Assembly: GCA_947594065.1 (NCBI GenBank)
Contig: CANQDX010000002.1
Location: forward strand, 1,318-65,317
DNA: 64,000 nucleotides
From: an uncultured Clostridia bacterium
Lineage (GTDB): Bacteria; Bacillota; Clostridia; TANB77; CAG-508
Direction of reading: 5' to 3'
Within the stretch, counting starts at the first letter, position 1. The number at the start of each line of letters is the position of its first letter. The notes beneath the pieces are model-generated. The model was not told the DNA's origin, searched no databases, and saw only the letters and a program-made list of their open reading frames with translations. Of this stretch, positions 32,881 to 43,141 are shown piece by piece. Both the position numbers and the translations under genes were made by a program.

Positions 32881-34209
32881 TTATCTATTCTTATCAATAT
32901 TTACAAATTTTGTATTGTTTGCAAGCCACAATAGCTCTATAGTTCCAGTTGAACCTGCTCTGTGCTTTGCTAAAATTACTTCTGCTATATTTTTCTTTTC
33001 ACTGTCTTCATTGTAATAGTCATCTCTATATAAGAACATTACAATATCTGCATCTTGTTCTATTGCTCCAGATTCACGTAAGTCTGAAAGCATTGGCCTA
33101 TGGTCTGGTCTTTGTTCTGGCGCTCTTGATAATTGTGATAATGCGATAACTGGCACATTGATTTCTTTTGCAAGTATTTTTAGGGATCTACTAATTTCAG
33201 ATATTTCTTGTTCACGATTTCCTCTTTTATTATTACTTGCTTGTATTAATTGTAGGTAATCTATTACTACTAGACCTATATTTTTTTCTAGTTTTAATTT
33301 CCTACATTTTGCTCTTATTTCCATAACTGAAATTCCTGGTGTATCGTCAATGTATATTTCTGATTCTGAAAGTGGCCCTAATGCGCCTGCTAGTTTTGAC
33401 CAGTCTTGTTCGTCTAGTTTTCCTGTTCTTACTTTGTTACTATCTACCATTGCTTCGCTACATAGAATTCTGTTTACCATTTGTTCTTTAGACATTTCTA
33501 AACTAAAAATAGCAACTGGTATTTTTGCTCTTACTGCTGCATTTGTGGCTATGTTTAACGCAAATGCAGATTTTCCCATAGCAGGACGTGCTGCAACTAA
33601 TACTAAGTCTGAGCCGTGTAATCCTGCTGTTTTATAATCTAAATCTGCAAACCCTGTTGGAACACCTGTTATGTGTTGTTTTTGATTATATAATTGTTCT
33701 ATTTGTGCAAATGTTTCTATTAATATGTCTTTAATAGGTGTATAACCCTTTTGATTTTTGGATTGCATAATATTGAAAATCTTTTTTTCTGCTCCATCCA
33801 TAATATCTTCTACGTTTTCTGTTGGATCATAACCTAAATCGATTATTTCGTTTGCAGTTTTTATAAGGTTTCTTAAAATTGATTTTTCTTCTACAATTTT
33901 AATATATTTTTCTACGTTGGCTGTAGTTGGTACTTTTTCTGGTAATTCTGCTAGATATTCTAAACCACCTATTGAATCGAATTTTCCCATTGATGTTAGT
34001 TCTGATTTTAGGGTTATAATATCGACTGGTTCTGCTCTATTATATAGATTTAACATTGCTATGTATATTGTTTTGTTATCTTCTCTATAGAAGTCTTCTG
34101 GTTTTAGTATTTCAATTGCTGCTATAACTGCGTCTTTATCTGTAAGCATACTTCCTAAAACTGCTTGTTCGGCTTCTACATCACTTGGTGGTATTTTCCC
34201 TAGTTCCAT
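32881..34209 (-). CDS. dnaB: replicative DNA helicase
   Basis: N-terminus PPSDVEAEQAVLGSML. Walker A (ARPAMGKSAFAL). 442 aa. Downstream of rplI. Confidence 0.95.
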   Translation of the reverse strand: MELGKIPPSDVEAEQAVLGSMLTDKDAVIAAIEILKPEDFYREDNKTIYIAMLNLYNRAEPVDIITLKSELTSMGKFDSIGGLEYLAELPEKVPTTANVEKYIKIVEEKSILRNLIKTANEIIDLGYDPTENVEDIMDGAEKKIFNIMQSKNQKGYTPIKDILIETFAQIEQLYNQKQHITGVPTGFADLDYKTAGLHGSDLVLVAARPAMGKSAFALNIATNAAVRAKIPVAIFSLEMSKEQMVNRILCSEAMVDSNKVRTGKLDEQDWSKLAGALGPLSESEIYIDDTPGISVMEIRAKCRKLKLEKNIGLVVIDYLQLIQASNNKRGNREQEISEISRSLKILAKEINVPVIALSQLSRAPEQRPDHRPMLSDLRESGAIEQDADIVMFLYRDDYYNEDSEKKNIAEVILAKHRAGSTGTIELLWLANNTKFVNIDKNR

Positions 34210-34222
34210 AATTACCTCCTTA

Positions 34223-34666
34223 TTATGCTGTTATATTTATTTTTAATTTTCCTATTATTCCTTCAAATAGCTTTATTTCTATGTTAAATATTCCTGTTTC
34301 TTTGATGGATTCTTTTAATAATATTTTCTTTTTATCAATTTCAATATTGCATTTATTTTTTAATTCTATAGCAATTTCTTTAGATGTTATAGAACCAAAT
34401 ATTTTTCCATTTTCTCCTGCTTTTACTTTTATTGGCAAGGTTATTTTTGATAACTCTTCTTTTAGTTTTTCAGCATTTTCTTTTTCTTGCTCTTTTTTGA
34501 AATTTGCTGAGTCTTTTCTTCCTTTTAATAGTGACATATTGCTATTATTTGCTTCTACTGCTAATTTTTTAGGAAGTAAAAAATTTCTTGCATACCCATC
34601 ATTTGCATTAATAATATCGTCTTTTTTTCCTACCCCTTTTATGTCTTGTGTTAAAATAACTTTCAT
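34223..34666 (-). CDS. rplI: 50S ribosomal protein L9
   Basis: MKVILTQDIKGVGKKDDIINANDGYARNFLLPKKLA. 147 aa. Confidence 0.95.
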   Translation of the reverse strand: MKVILTQDIKGVGKKDDIINANDGYARNFLLPKKLAVEANNSNMSLLKGRKDSANFKKEQEKENAEKLKEELSKITLPIKVKAGENGKIFGSITSKEIAIELKNKCNIEIDKKKILLKESIKETGIFNIEIKLFEGIIGKLKINITA

Positions 34667-34758
34667 TTTGTTTCCTCCTTATTTTATTTACTTATAACGC
34701 AAGATGTTAGCTTTTTTTGATATATTAAAATATACTAATTTACTGGGCAAACGATTAG

Positions 34759-36774
34759 TTAGATTGTTTCAGTAAAGTATTCTTCAATTCTACTAATCAA
34801 TTCTTTTTTTGCCTCTTCTAAGGAAACTCCTTCTAGCTGTGCTCCTGCAACTGTTATGTGTCCGCCACCGCCTAGCTTTTCTAATATCATTTGTACGTTT
34901 ATATCTCCAATTGAACGTCCACTTACAAATATTTTGTCTCCTGTTTTTCCTAGTACAAATGATGCGGTTATATTGCTAATTGTTAATAATTCGTCTGCTG
35001 CTTTTGCGCAGATTAGGTTTGCATTTTTGTCCTCTTTTTCATAAATAGAAATTCCTATTGTATCTTTTATAACTTCTGCGCTTTTTACTATATCTGCTAT
35101 TTGATTATAACTTTCTAAATTACTTTGGAACCATTTTTTTACTTTTAAAATATCAACACCTGTTTTTCTTAAATAAGCTGCTGCTTCAAATGTTCTAACA
35201 CCTGTTTTGAATGTGAAGTTCTTAGTATCCATCATAATTCCAGCATATAGTCCTTCTGCTTCTAGTTCATTTAATGTAATATTAGTTTCAACATATTGTA
35301 ATATTTCTGTTACAAGTTCTGCTGCTGAAGATGCATATACTTCGTGGAATGTTAGTATTGTTTTTTCGATAAATTCTGGACTTTTTCTGTGATGGTCAAT
35401 TACTACAATTTTACTTGTTTTGTCCAATAATTCTGGTATTTCTACATAATTGTTTTTATTTGTATCTACTATAATTAATAAAGTATCTTCTGTTATTTTA
35501 TTTAATGCTTCTGCCTTATTAATGAATACTCCTTTATATTCCTCTTCTTTTTTGATTGCATCTATATAGCTTCCTATTGATTGCCCTATATTTGTGTTTA
35601 CAATATATGTTTCTTTTTCTAGGCTTTTAGCAAGTCTGTATAAGCCTAAACTTGATCCTATACAGTCTACGTCTGGGTTTATATGTCCCATAATGATAAT
35701 ATTTTTTACATCTTTTATTATTTGTTCCAATGCTCTTGCTACTGTTCTTGCTTTAACTTTTGTTCTTTTTTCTACTTCTAGTGTTTTTCCTCCATAAAAG
35801 CTGTATTTTTCGTCTTCTCTAACAACTGCTTGGTCTCCACCACGTCCAAGAACAATATCCATAGCTACTTGAGCTGATTTATATTTTTCATAGTTTGTTT
35901 TTCCTTCATTTGAAATTGCAATACTAATTGTAACCGTTATTGTTTCATCTGTATCGATTTCTTTAACGGCATCTAATATTTCAAATTTTTCTTTCTTTAT
36001 TGATTCTAGATCTTTTTGTTCTATAAAATACAAATATGTTTTTCTATCTGATTTTATAATTGCTCCATTATTTTTGTATGCCCAGTCTATAATTTTCTTC
36101 TCTACTTCTGCTAGTATCAATGTTTTTCTATCGTCTGGTAATAGCTCTATCATTTCGTCGTAGTTATCTATCATAATAAATCCTATACAAGACGCTTCAT
36201 CTTTCATTTTCTTTTCTGTTTTCAAACGTTCAGTATCATCTATAAAATATAGTGTCATCATATACTCATTTTGTTTTTTCTTTTTAGATTTTACATATTC
36301 TCCTAAAACTTTATAAGTATTTTTTCCTATTTCAATTTCTTTACTTATAGAATGATTTTTAGCAATTTCTTTATTAAGTCTTCTTTCTAAAATATCTAAT
36401 TTTAATTCTTTAGATAATGATTTTAAAATACTATTAATGTTTGTATTTCCAAACTCACTAACAAATTTTGAACTTTTCCAAAGTATATTTCCATCTGTTT
36501 CCATTATAATTAATGGAAATGGTGAATTGATTAATGATGTTTTAATTGTAGAGTCTAAATTAAATGTAACATCTTGTATATGTTTTGAAATTTCATCGAT
36601 TCTTTTATTATTTGTCCATAATGAATACATAACAATTAATGCATACATAATAAGAGAAGGTACTATAAAATTAGTATCTTTCACACATAATATTATTAAT
36701 AATATTGCAATAATTGCTAAATATATTTTCGTTCTTGAAACTAAGTTAATAAAATTTTTTTCGTTTTTAGGCAT
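34759..36774 (-). CDS. gdpP: cyclic-di-AMP phosphodiesterase GdpP (DHH/DHHA1 family)
   Basis: Two N-terminal TM helices. DHH motifs (GHINPDVDCIGS, VIDHHR) and DHHA1 GGGGH. Conserved position next to rplI-dnaB. RBS aaggggag lies before ATG 36774. Confidence 0.8.
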   Translation of the reverse strand: MPKNEKNFINLVSRTKIYLAIIAILLIILCVKDTNFIVPSLIMYALIVMYSLWTNNKRIDEISKHIQDVTFNLDSTIKTSLINSPFPLIIMETDGNILWKSSKFVSEFGNTNINSILKSLSKELKLDILERRLNKEIAKNHSISKEIEIGKNTYKVLGEYVKSKKKKQNEYMMTLYFIDDTERLKTEKKMKDEASCIGFIMIDNYDEMIELLPDDRKTLILAEVEKKIIDWAYKNNGAIIKSDRKTYLYFIEQKDLESIKKEKFEILDAVKEIDTDETITVTISIAISNEGKTNYEKYKSAQVAMDIVLGRGGDQAVVREDEKYSFYGGKTLEVEKRTKVKARTVARALEQIIKDVKNIIIMGHINPDVDCIGSSLGLYRLAKSLEKETYIVNTNIGQSIGSYIDAIKKEEEYKGVFINKAEALNKITEDTLLIIVDTNKNNYVEIPELLDKTSKIVVIDHHRKSPEFIEKTILTFHEVYASSAAELVTEILQYVETNITLNELEAEGLYAGIMMDTKNFTFKTGVRTFEAAAYLRKTGVDILKVKKWFQSNLESYNQIADIVKSAEVIKDTIGISIYEKEDKNANLICAKAADELLTISNITASFVLGKTGDKIFVSGRSIGDINVQMILEKLGGGGHITVAGAQLEGVSLEEAKKELISRIEEYFTETI

Positions 36775-36848
36775 ATATTTCTCCCCTTTATAACACATAT
36801 ATTTTACTCTATTTTAGGTACTTTTGTCAAGGTTGAGTAAATTATGCT

Positions 36849-37727
36849 CTACATTTCTCTTCTCCAATAGAATAAATATTGTTGTGCAAGTCCTGCTATA
36901 TTTCCAAACTTTTGATTTGCTATTTGTAATATTTGTTTATTATTAATACTTTTTATTTCTTTGCCTTTAACATCAATTTCATTTGCATAAAGCTCTGTCA
37001 TTACTCTTTTTACCCACACGTCTATTGGGAAAACCTCATATTTTTTCATTGAAAACAACATAATGCAGTCTGCAACTTTTGGACCTACACCAGGAAATTT
37101 CAAAAGTTCTTCTCTTAACTTATTTATATCTTCAATTTTTGCTAATTCTGATAAATCTATTTCTTTGTTGTTAACCATTCTAGTTGTTTCATATACTCTT
37201 ATATCTCTAAATCCTAATCCTAAGCTTCTTAAGTCATTTACTGTTGCTTTTGATAATGCTTGTGGTGTTGGAAATGTATAAAATTTTCTAGATTCCCATT
37301 CTATTTCATTTCCATATTTTTGAGATATTCTTTCTATTATTCCTTTTATTCTAGGAATATTGTTGTTTGCAGATATTATGAAACTAATTAAAGCTTCCCA
37401 TATATTTTGGTGTAGAATTCGTATTCCTGATCCAAATTCTATACTTTGTTTCATATTATCATCTATGCATAATAATTTTTGTTTATTATTTTCATAATCC
37501 GTGTCAAAATCGAAATAATAATTACATACATCTTGAATATTATCATTTCCCATTGATTTTATTATAAGATTGTTTTGTTCTTTTTTTACATTTAATACAT
37601 TTTCCCCTACAATTCCTGTATAACTATTATCTGGTTCTAAATTCCACCTAAAGCATTGTCCACATTCAAATATGTGTTTTGGTTCAAATGATTTTACATT
37701 CTTTTTTATATATATTTGTTCTTTCAT
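36849..37727 (-). CDS. ogg: 8-oxoguanine DNA glycosylase / AP lyase (HhH-GPD, Ogg type)
   Basis: HhH-GPD signature LLKFPGVGPKVADCIMLF ... PIDVWV. 292 aa. Confidence 0.7.
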   Translation of the reverse strand: MKEQIYIKKNVKSFEPKHIFECGQCFRWNLEPDNSYTGIVGENVLNVKKEQNNLIIKSMGNDNIQDVCNYYFDFDTDYENNKQKLLCIDDNMKQSIEFGSGIRILHQNIWEALISFIISANNNIPRIKGIIERISQKYGNEIEWESRKFYTFPTPQALSKATVNDLRSLGLGFRDIRVYETTRMVNNKEIDLSELAKIEDINKLREELLKFPGVGPKVADCIMLFSMKKYEVFPIDVWVKRVMTELYANEIDVKGKEIKSINNKQILQIANQKFGNIAGLAQQYLFYWRREM

Positions 37728-37910
37728 ATTACATTTATCCTTGCTTTCATATAATTTCGTTTTCTTTATTATTATATTGTTTTATTGATGCTTAGTCAAG
37801 TGCTATATGGTGGTATATTGCAACATTTTTGTGTTTTCATTTTTGATAAAATTAATTTGACAAATTTTTCTATTAGAAAAATTTTATTATAGAAGGATAT
37901 GAAGTAAAAT

Positions 37911-38165
37911 ATGAAAGAAGATATAGAAAAAGATATTTATTATTTAGTTGGTCAAAATATAAAAAAGCAGAGAAAAATTAAAGGATTAACTCAAAAAAGA
38001 TTATCTGAAATTACTTTTTATAGTTATGAATTCATTAGAAAAATTGAATCTAAAAGCGCTTGTAGAAATACTTTTTCACTAGATACTGTAGATAAAATTG
38101 CAAAGGCATTAGATATAAATATTCAGGTTTTATTTGAACCATTAGAAGAATACAAGGCTTCATAA
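37911..38165 (+). CDS. XRE-family helix-turn-helix transcriptional regulator
   Basis: GQNIKKQRKIKGLTQKRLSEITFYSYEFIRKIE is a typical HTH_XRE segment. Confidence 0.75.
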   Translation: MKEDIEKDIYYLVGQNIKKQRKIKGLTQKRLSEITFYSYEFIRKIESKSACRNTFSLDTVDKIAKALDINIQVLFEPLEEYKAS

Positions 38166-38184
38166 TTTTTAATTTAGTTTTATA

Positions 38185-38210
38185 AAAAGACCTTAATATT
38201 AAGGTCTTTT
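38185..38210. terminator. bidirectional terminator between convergent genes
   Basis: aaaagacctta / taaggtctttt stem with a 4-nt loop. It overlaps the YitT-family stop codon. Confidence 0.7.
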
Positions 38211-39068
38211 AAATCCTTTTCCATATACTTCTCTAACATTTGTAATAATAATGAATGATTGCGGGTCTATTTGATTTGCAATCGTTTTTATTCTGATTAC
38301 TTCTCTTCTTGCAGCTATACACATAAGAGTTGTTTTTTCTTCGTTTGTATACATTCCTTTTGAGTAAATTCCTGTTATTCCTCTAGATACTTTATCTTCT
38401 ATTTCTTTAGAAATAGCTTGGTATTCTTTCGAAACAATTAAAATCATTTTTGAGAAGCCAATTCCCTCAAAAATAATGTCTATTACTTTTCCCATTAAAT
38501 ATATAGATATTGCTGAGTATAGCCCAACTTCTAATTGTCTAAAACATAATACATTAAGGGTAACAACAATTGCATCAAATATTACAATTAAATTGCTTGT
38601 AGAAAAGTTGGGATTATAACTTTTAATAATATAGCTTACCATATCGCTTCCGCCAGTTGATGCGGTAGCTTTTAATATAAATGATGTTCCAATTCCTATT
38701 AAAATTCCACCATATATGCAAGCTAAAAATTTATCGTTTGTAACTGCATTAAATTGTTCAAATATGTCTATAAATAGAGATAAAAGAGCAGTTCCAACAA
38801 TACTCTTTATTACAAATTCTTTTCCTATTCTAATAATTGCTAAAATAAAAAATGGTATATTTAATAATAGAATAACGGAACCAACCTTCCAATGAAATAA
38901 ATAATAAGTGATTGTTGCAATACCTGAAAATCCTCCGGATGATAGTTTATTTGGCAATAAAAAGAAGGAAGTTCCTATGGCCATTATCATAGTGCCTAAA
39001 GCTATTAAAAAAAATTCAAAAGTATATTTTTTTATTAATAATTTATATTTAGTTTGTGTGTGACTCAT
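38199..39068 (-). CDS. YitT-family membrane protein (with C-terminal DUF2179-type domain)
   Basis: Polytopic N-terminal part (LPNKLSSGGFSGIATI) plus a soluble C-terminal domain. 289 aa. Confidence 0.7.
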   Translation of the reverse strand: MSHTQTKYKLLIKKYTFEFFLIALGTMIMAIGTSFFLLPNKLSSGGFSGIATITYYLFHWKVGSVILLLNIPFFILAIIRIGKEFVIKSIVGTALLSLFIDIFEQFNAVTNDKFLACIYGGILIGIGTSFILKATASTGGSDMVSYIIKSYNPNFSTSNLIVIFDAIVVTLNVLCFRQLEVGLYSAISIYLMGKVIDIIFEGIGFSKMILIVSKEYQAISKEIEDKVSRGITGIYSKGMYTNEEKTTLMCIAARREVIRIKTIANQIDPQSFIIITNVREVYGKGFKRP

Positions 39069-39158
39069 ATAAATTTCACCTTTTCTTAATTTTTCCAGCT
39101 TTACCGCAAATTATTCATATAATGCTTAAAAGATATTTTTTAACTTATGTATAATGTT

Positions 39159-40256
39159 TTAGTTTTTAACTTCTAAATCTATTTTTTCTCTAACTTGTTC
39201 CATATATTCATCGTAAGTTTGAATAATTATTAATTCAGATTTACCTTCTTTAATAGTATTGTCCGCTTCAACTACAACATCTACATCATAAGTATTTTTT
39301 ATCTTTTTAATATTTTCTCTTTTATGTCCAATTACATTATTCATATCTGCGAAGTTTACTTTTACTTTTACTTCTTTTACTTTCATATTTATTTTTTTGA
39401 TTTTATCTACTATACTATCATACCAAATGCTATCATCTACTAGTTGTCCAAATGCTGGATGATATGGTCCTGCGACAACATCGCTTTGCTGACTTTTAGG
39501 ATCTGTAATTTCATCTGTATTTTGCAAACCAACTCTAATTACTTGTATTTTCTTTTTGTTAAATAAATAAACAACTTCTTTACATCTTTCTACTGCTTGT
39601 GATACTGTTAATGGTTTATATTCTCCGTCCTCTAGCTCTTTTTCTAGTTTAGTGCCTTTTATAACTAATACTGGATAAATTCTTACCATTTGTGGTCTTA
39701 GTTTAATTAGGTCTTTGGCTGTTCTTATTTCGTCTAATCTTGTACTTTCAGGTAATCCAACCATCATTTGATGTCCTAATTTGAATCTATATCTTTTTAT
39801 TAATTTAGATGCTTTTTTTACATCTTCAAATGTATGTCCTCTATCACATCTTTTTAAAATATAATCATTAGTTGATTGTACCCCTAGTTCAATAGTTTTT
39901 ACATTATATTTTTTTAACATTTTTAAGATTGGCTTACTAATATAATCAGGTCTTGTAGATATTCTAATTCCATTTACTTTTTTACTTTCTATATATTGGT
40001 TTGCTATTTGTAAATATTCCTCTTGTTTTTCGATGTCTATTCCCGTAAAGCTTCCACCATAAAATGCAATTTCTATATTGAAATCATCTTCTTTTATATT
40101 TTTTAAGTTTTCTTCTATTATTTGAATAACATCTTCTTTGGTTGGCATTTTTGTTTTGCCACTAATACTTTTTTGATTGCAAAAAGAACAATCATTAGGG
40201 CATCCTAGATGTGGTATGAATATAGATATAATGTATTGCTTTTTTAATTTTCTCAT
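39159..40256 (-). CDS. radical SAM protein, ELP3-like
   Basis: CX3CX2C cluster (GCPNDCSFC) near the N-terminus. 365 aa. Confidence 0.65.
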   Translation of the reverse strand: MRKLKKQYIISIFIPHLGCPNDCSFCNQKSISGKTKMPTKEDVIQIIEENLKNIKEDDFNIEIAFYGGSFTGIDIEKQEEYLQIANQYIESKKVNGIRISTRPDYISKPILKMLKKYNVKTIELGVQSTNDYILKRCDRGHTFEDVKKASKLIKRYRFKLGHQMMVGLPESTRLDEIRTAKDLIKLRPQMVRIYPVLVIKGTKLEKELEDGEYKPLTVSQAVERCKEVVYLFNKKKIQVIRVGLQNTDEITDPKSQQSDVVAGPYHPAFGQLVDDSIWYDSIVDKIKKINMKVKEVKVKVNFADMNNVIGHKRENIKKIKNTYDVDVVVEADNTIKEGKSELIIIQTYDEYMEQVREKIDLEVKN

Positions 40257-40312
40257 TTTTGTTACTCCCCTTCTTAATTGATAATTTGAATTAGATACTT
40301 CTTTTGCTTATG

Positions 40313-40999
40313 CTAAACTTTACCTTCTTCTATATTATTTAATGCATCTTTTGCAGCCATCATTTCTGATAATTTTTTTGTTTTACCTATTCCTGTTCCT
40401 AGAACCTTTTTATTGCACTCTACTTTAGATTCAAATATTTTATTATGGTCTGGGCCACTTTCTTTGATAATGTAATACTTAATATCTACATTTCCATTCT
40501 TTTGTAGCTTTTCTTGTAAAACAGTTTTATAGTCTTTTATTCCAACGTGCTGACTTGCTATCTCTATTGATTCACTCAAGTTATTTATTATAAAATTTTC
40601 TGCATTTTCAAGACTGGAATCTAAGTACATTGCTGCTATTAAAGCTTCTACACTATCTGCTAAGATTGCTTTAGATAATTTAGCTAAGTTTGAATTTTCA
40701 CTTTTTCCTAAGTATAAGAAATCACTAAAATTATGCTTTAAAGCTATTTTATATAAACTTTCTTCGCAAACTACAGTTGCTCTAACTTTAGTCATTTCTC
40801 CTTCTTTCAAGTTTTTATAATTGTGAAATAAATATTTGCTAGATAGAAATTCTAGTATGCTATCTCCTAAAAATTCTAGCTTTTCATTGCTTTCAACGTT
40901 ATTTTCATAGGCATAAGACGTATGTGTTAATGCTGTTTTTAATAGTTCTTTATTTTTAAATTGATAGCCAATTTCTTGTTCAAATTTTTCTAATTCCAT
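40313..40999 (-). CDS. rnc: ribonuclease III
   Basis: LEKFEQEIGYQFKNKELLKTALTHTSY, the catalytic signature EKLEFLGDSILEF, and a C-terminal dsRBD. RBS gggaggg lies before ATG 40999. The ORF-track start at 41068 is too long. Confidence 0.9.
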   Translation of the reverse strand: MELEKFEQEIGYQFKNKELLKTALTHTSYAYENNVESNEKLEFLGDSILEFLSSKYLFHNYKNLKEGEMTKVRATVVCEESLYKIALKHNFSDFLYLGKSENSNLAKLSKAILADSVEALIAAMYLDSSLENAENFIINNLSESIEIASQHVGIKDYKTVLQEKLQKNGNVDIKYYIIKESGPDHNKIFESKVECNKKVLGTGIGKTKKLSEMMAAKDALNNIEEGKV

Positions 41000-41079
41000 T
41001 TTATTTTTCCCTCCCTTCTTTTTATAGGTTGGAAAAATTTCATTGATAATAAAATCTCTCCAACCCATATATTTTGTAA

Positions 41080-42207
41080 TTAATTATATTTTTTCTTTTC
41101 TGCTTTATAATCTAAGTAATCGTTTACAATTAGCTTTAACATTGTGATAACTGGTACTGCTAAGAACATTCCCAACACTCCAAAATATGCTCCCGCAAAG
41201 GCTACAGAGAATATAACAAGTATTGGACTTATTTTTAATTTATCGCTCATTATTTTTGGATTAATTATGTTTGCATCAATTTGTTGTAGGAAAATAACAA
41301 CTATCGCAAGCCAGAAAGCTTTCCATATTCCACCTGTACATATTGTTATAAAAATTGCAATTGCAACTGCTACGATTGCTCCAAAAAATGGAATTAAGTT
41401 AAATAATCCAATTAAAAATCCTAGAAGTGTAGCATATTTTACACCCATAATAATCATAGCAACTGTTGTTACGAAACCTATAATTATTGCATCAATTACT
41501 TGTCCAGATATAAAGTTGAAAAATATTCCATTTGTCCTTTGGAAGTATGTTGATATTAATTCATATGTTTCTTCCTTGCATAAAGTTGATGCAAATTTTT
41601 TAAGGAATTTTATTATTCTATCTTTTTCTGCCAATGTGTATATTGAAATAATTATTGTAACAAATACATCGAATATGCCTGTTGCAAAGTTAATTACACT
41701 TTTTATGTAAGTTGTTATATATTCTATACTTATATATTTTCCTAAGTCTATTTCAGCTATTTTTCGTACAATATCTTGTGCATTTATTTTTACTAAGAAT
41801 GAATCTTCTGGTAAGTTATTAAGGGTATTGATTATATTATTGTAATAATTTGGCAAATTATTTAATAAATCTGATATACTCATAATAATAGGTGGTAATA
41901 TTACATTAATTAAAATGAATAAAATTATTACAATTATTAAATATACAGTAAAAATTGAAAATCCTTTTGCTCTTTTTCTTAATAGCTTAAATTTTGTTTT
42001 TTGAAAACATTCTTCTACTTTCTTACAAGGAGTATATAAAATATATGCAATTAATATTCCCATTAAAAATGGCATTAAAATAGCAAATAAATTAGATAAA
42101 AATTGTCCTATTGCTGTAAAATTATCTAATAATTTATAAATAATTATAATAGCTATTGCTAGCGTAAACCAATACAGCCACTTGGTTATTTGGTTATCCT
42201 TTTTCAT
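41080..42207 (-). CDS. AI-2E family transporter (PerM-like permease)
   Basis: About 8 TM helices with a pattern typical of the family. RBS ggagg lies before ATG 42207. Confidence 0.65.
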   Translation of the reverse strand: MKKDNQITKWLYWFTLAIAIIIIYKLLDNFTAIGQFLSNLFAILMPFLMGILIAYILYTPCKKVEECFQKTKFKLLRKRAKGFSIFTVYLIIVIILFILINVILPPIIMSISDLLNNLPNYYNNIINTLNNLPEDSFLVKINAQDIVRKIAEIDLGKYISIEYITTYIKSVINFATGIFDVFVTIIISIYTLAEKDRIIKFLKKFASTLCKEETYELISTYFQRTNGIFFNFISGQVIDAIIIGFVTTVAMIIMGVKYATLLGFLIGLFNLIPFFGAIVAVAIAIFITICTGGIWKAFWLAIVVIFLQQIDANIINPKIMSDKLKISPILVIFSVAFAGAYFGVLGMFLAVPVITMLKLIVNDYLDYKAEKKKYN

Positions 42208-42235
42208 ACATACCTCCATTATTGTACATAATTTA

Positions 42236-42988
42236 TTATAGTTTTATTTGTAATTCTATTGGGCAATGATCGCTTCCCAATACATTTGCGTGAATTTTGC
42301 TTTCTATCAAGTTTTTCCTTAATGTATTTGATATAATAAAGTAGTCTATTCTCCATCCAATATTTTTACTTCTGGCTTGTCCCATATAAGACCACCAAGT
42401 GTATTCTTCTTTTTCTGGATACAAATATCTAAAACTGTCTGTGAAATTTTCTTTTAATAATTCTGTCATTTTATTTCTTTCTTCATCTGTAAATCCAGCA
42501 TTATTTCTATTAGATTTAGGATTTTTTAAGTCAATTTCTTGGTGTGCTACATTTAGGTCACCGCATAAAATAATTGGTTTCTTTTCATTTAGTTTATTTA
42601 AGTAATTTCTAAAATCATCTTCCCATTGTTGCCTATATTCTAATCTTTCAAGCTCTCTTTTGGAATTTGGTGTATAACAGTTAATCATATAGAAGTTTTC
42701 AAACTCTAGAGTAATTACTCTTCCTTCTTTATCGTGTTTTTCTATTCCTATGCCATAGCTTTCTGATAATGGTTTTTTCTTAGTTAAAATTAAGGTGCCT
42801 GAATATCCCTTTTTCTCCGCGCAATTCCAGTATTCATAGTAATTTTGAAAGTCGAAATTAGCTTGTTCTTTTTGCATTTTTGTTTCTTGTATGCAAAATA
42901 TGTCTGCATTGGTATTATAAAAGAAATCTAAAAAACCTTTTCCCATAACGGCTCTCAAACCATTTACGTTCCACGAAATTATTTTCAT
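42236..42988 (-). CDS. xth: exodeoxyribonuclease III
   Basis: MKIISWNVNGLRA ... FCIQETK ... GDLNVAH ... SDHCPIEL. The start is taken at the family-typical MKIISWN. Confidence 0.9.
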   Translation of the reverse strand: MKIISWNVNGLRAVMGKGFLDFFYNTNADIFCIQETKMQKEQANFDFQNYYEYWNCAEKKGYSGTLILTKKKPLSESYGIGIEKHDKEGRVITLEFENFYMINCYTPNSKRELERLEYRQQWEDDFRNYLNKLNEKKPIILCGDLNVAHQEIDLKNPKSNRNNAGFTDEERNKMTELLKENFTDSFRYLYPEKEEYTWWSYMGQARSKNIGWRIDYFIISNTLRKNLIESKIHANVLGSDHCPIELQIKL

Positions 42989-43112
42989 AATGAGATGATT
43001 CCTTTCTTTATTTTTCAATTTATAATTTCATTCTAGTAATTGCAATAAAGCTATTATACTATATTTCATTTTTTTTATCAATTCTATTGGAATTTTTTTA
43101 TATTAAAACACA

Positions 43113-43140
43113 AAAAAAGTTGGAGTAATCCAACTTTTTT
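43113..43140 (-). terminator. intrinsic terminator after the 3D-domain gene
   Basis: aaaaaagttgga / tccaactttttt stem with a 4-nt loop, 2 nt after the stop codon. Confidence 0.8.
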
Positions 43141-43141
43141 A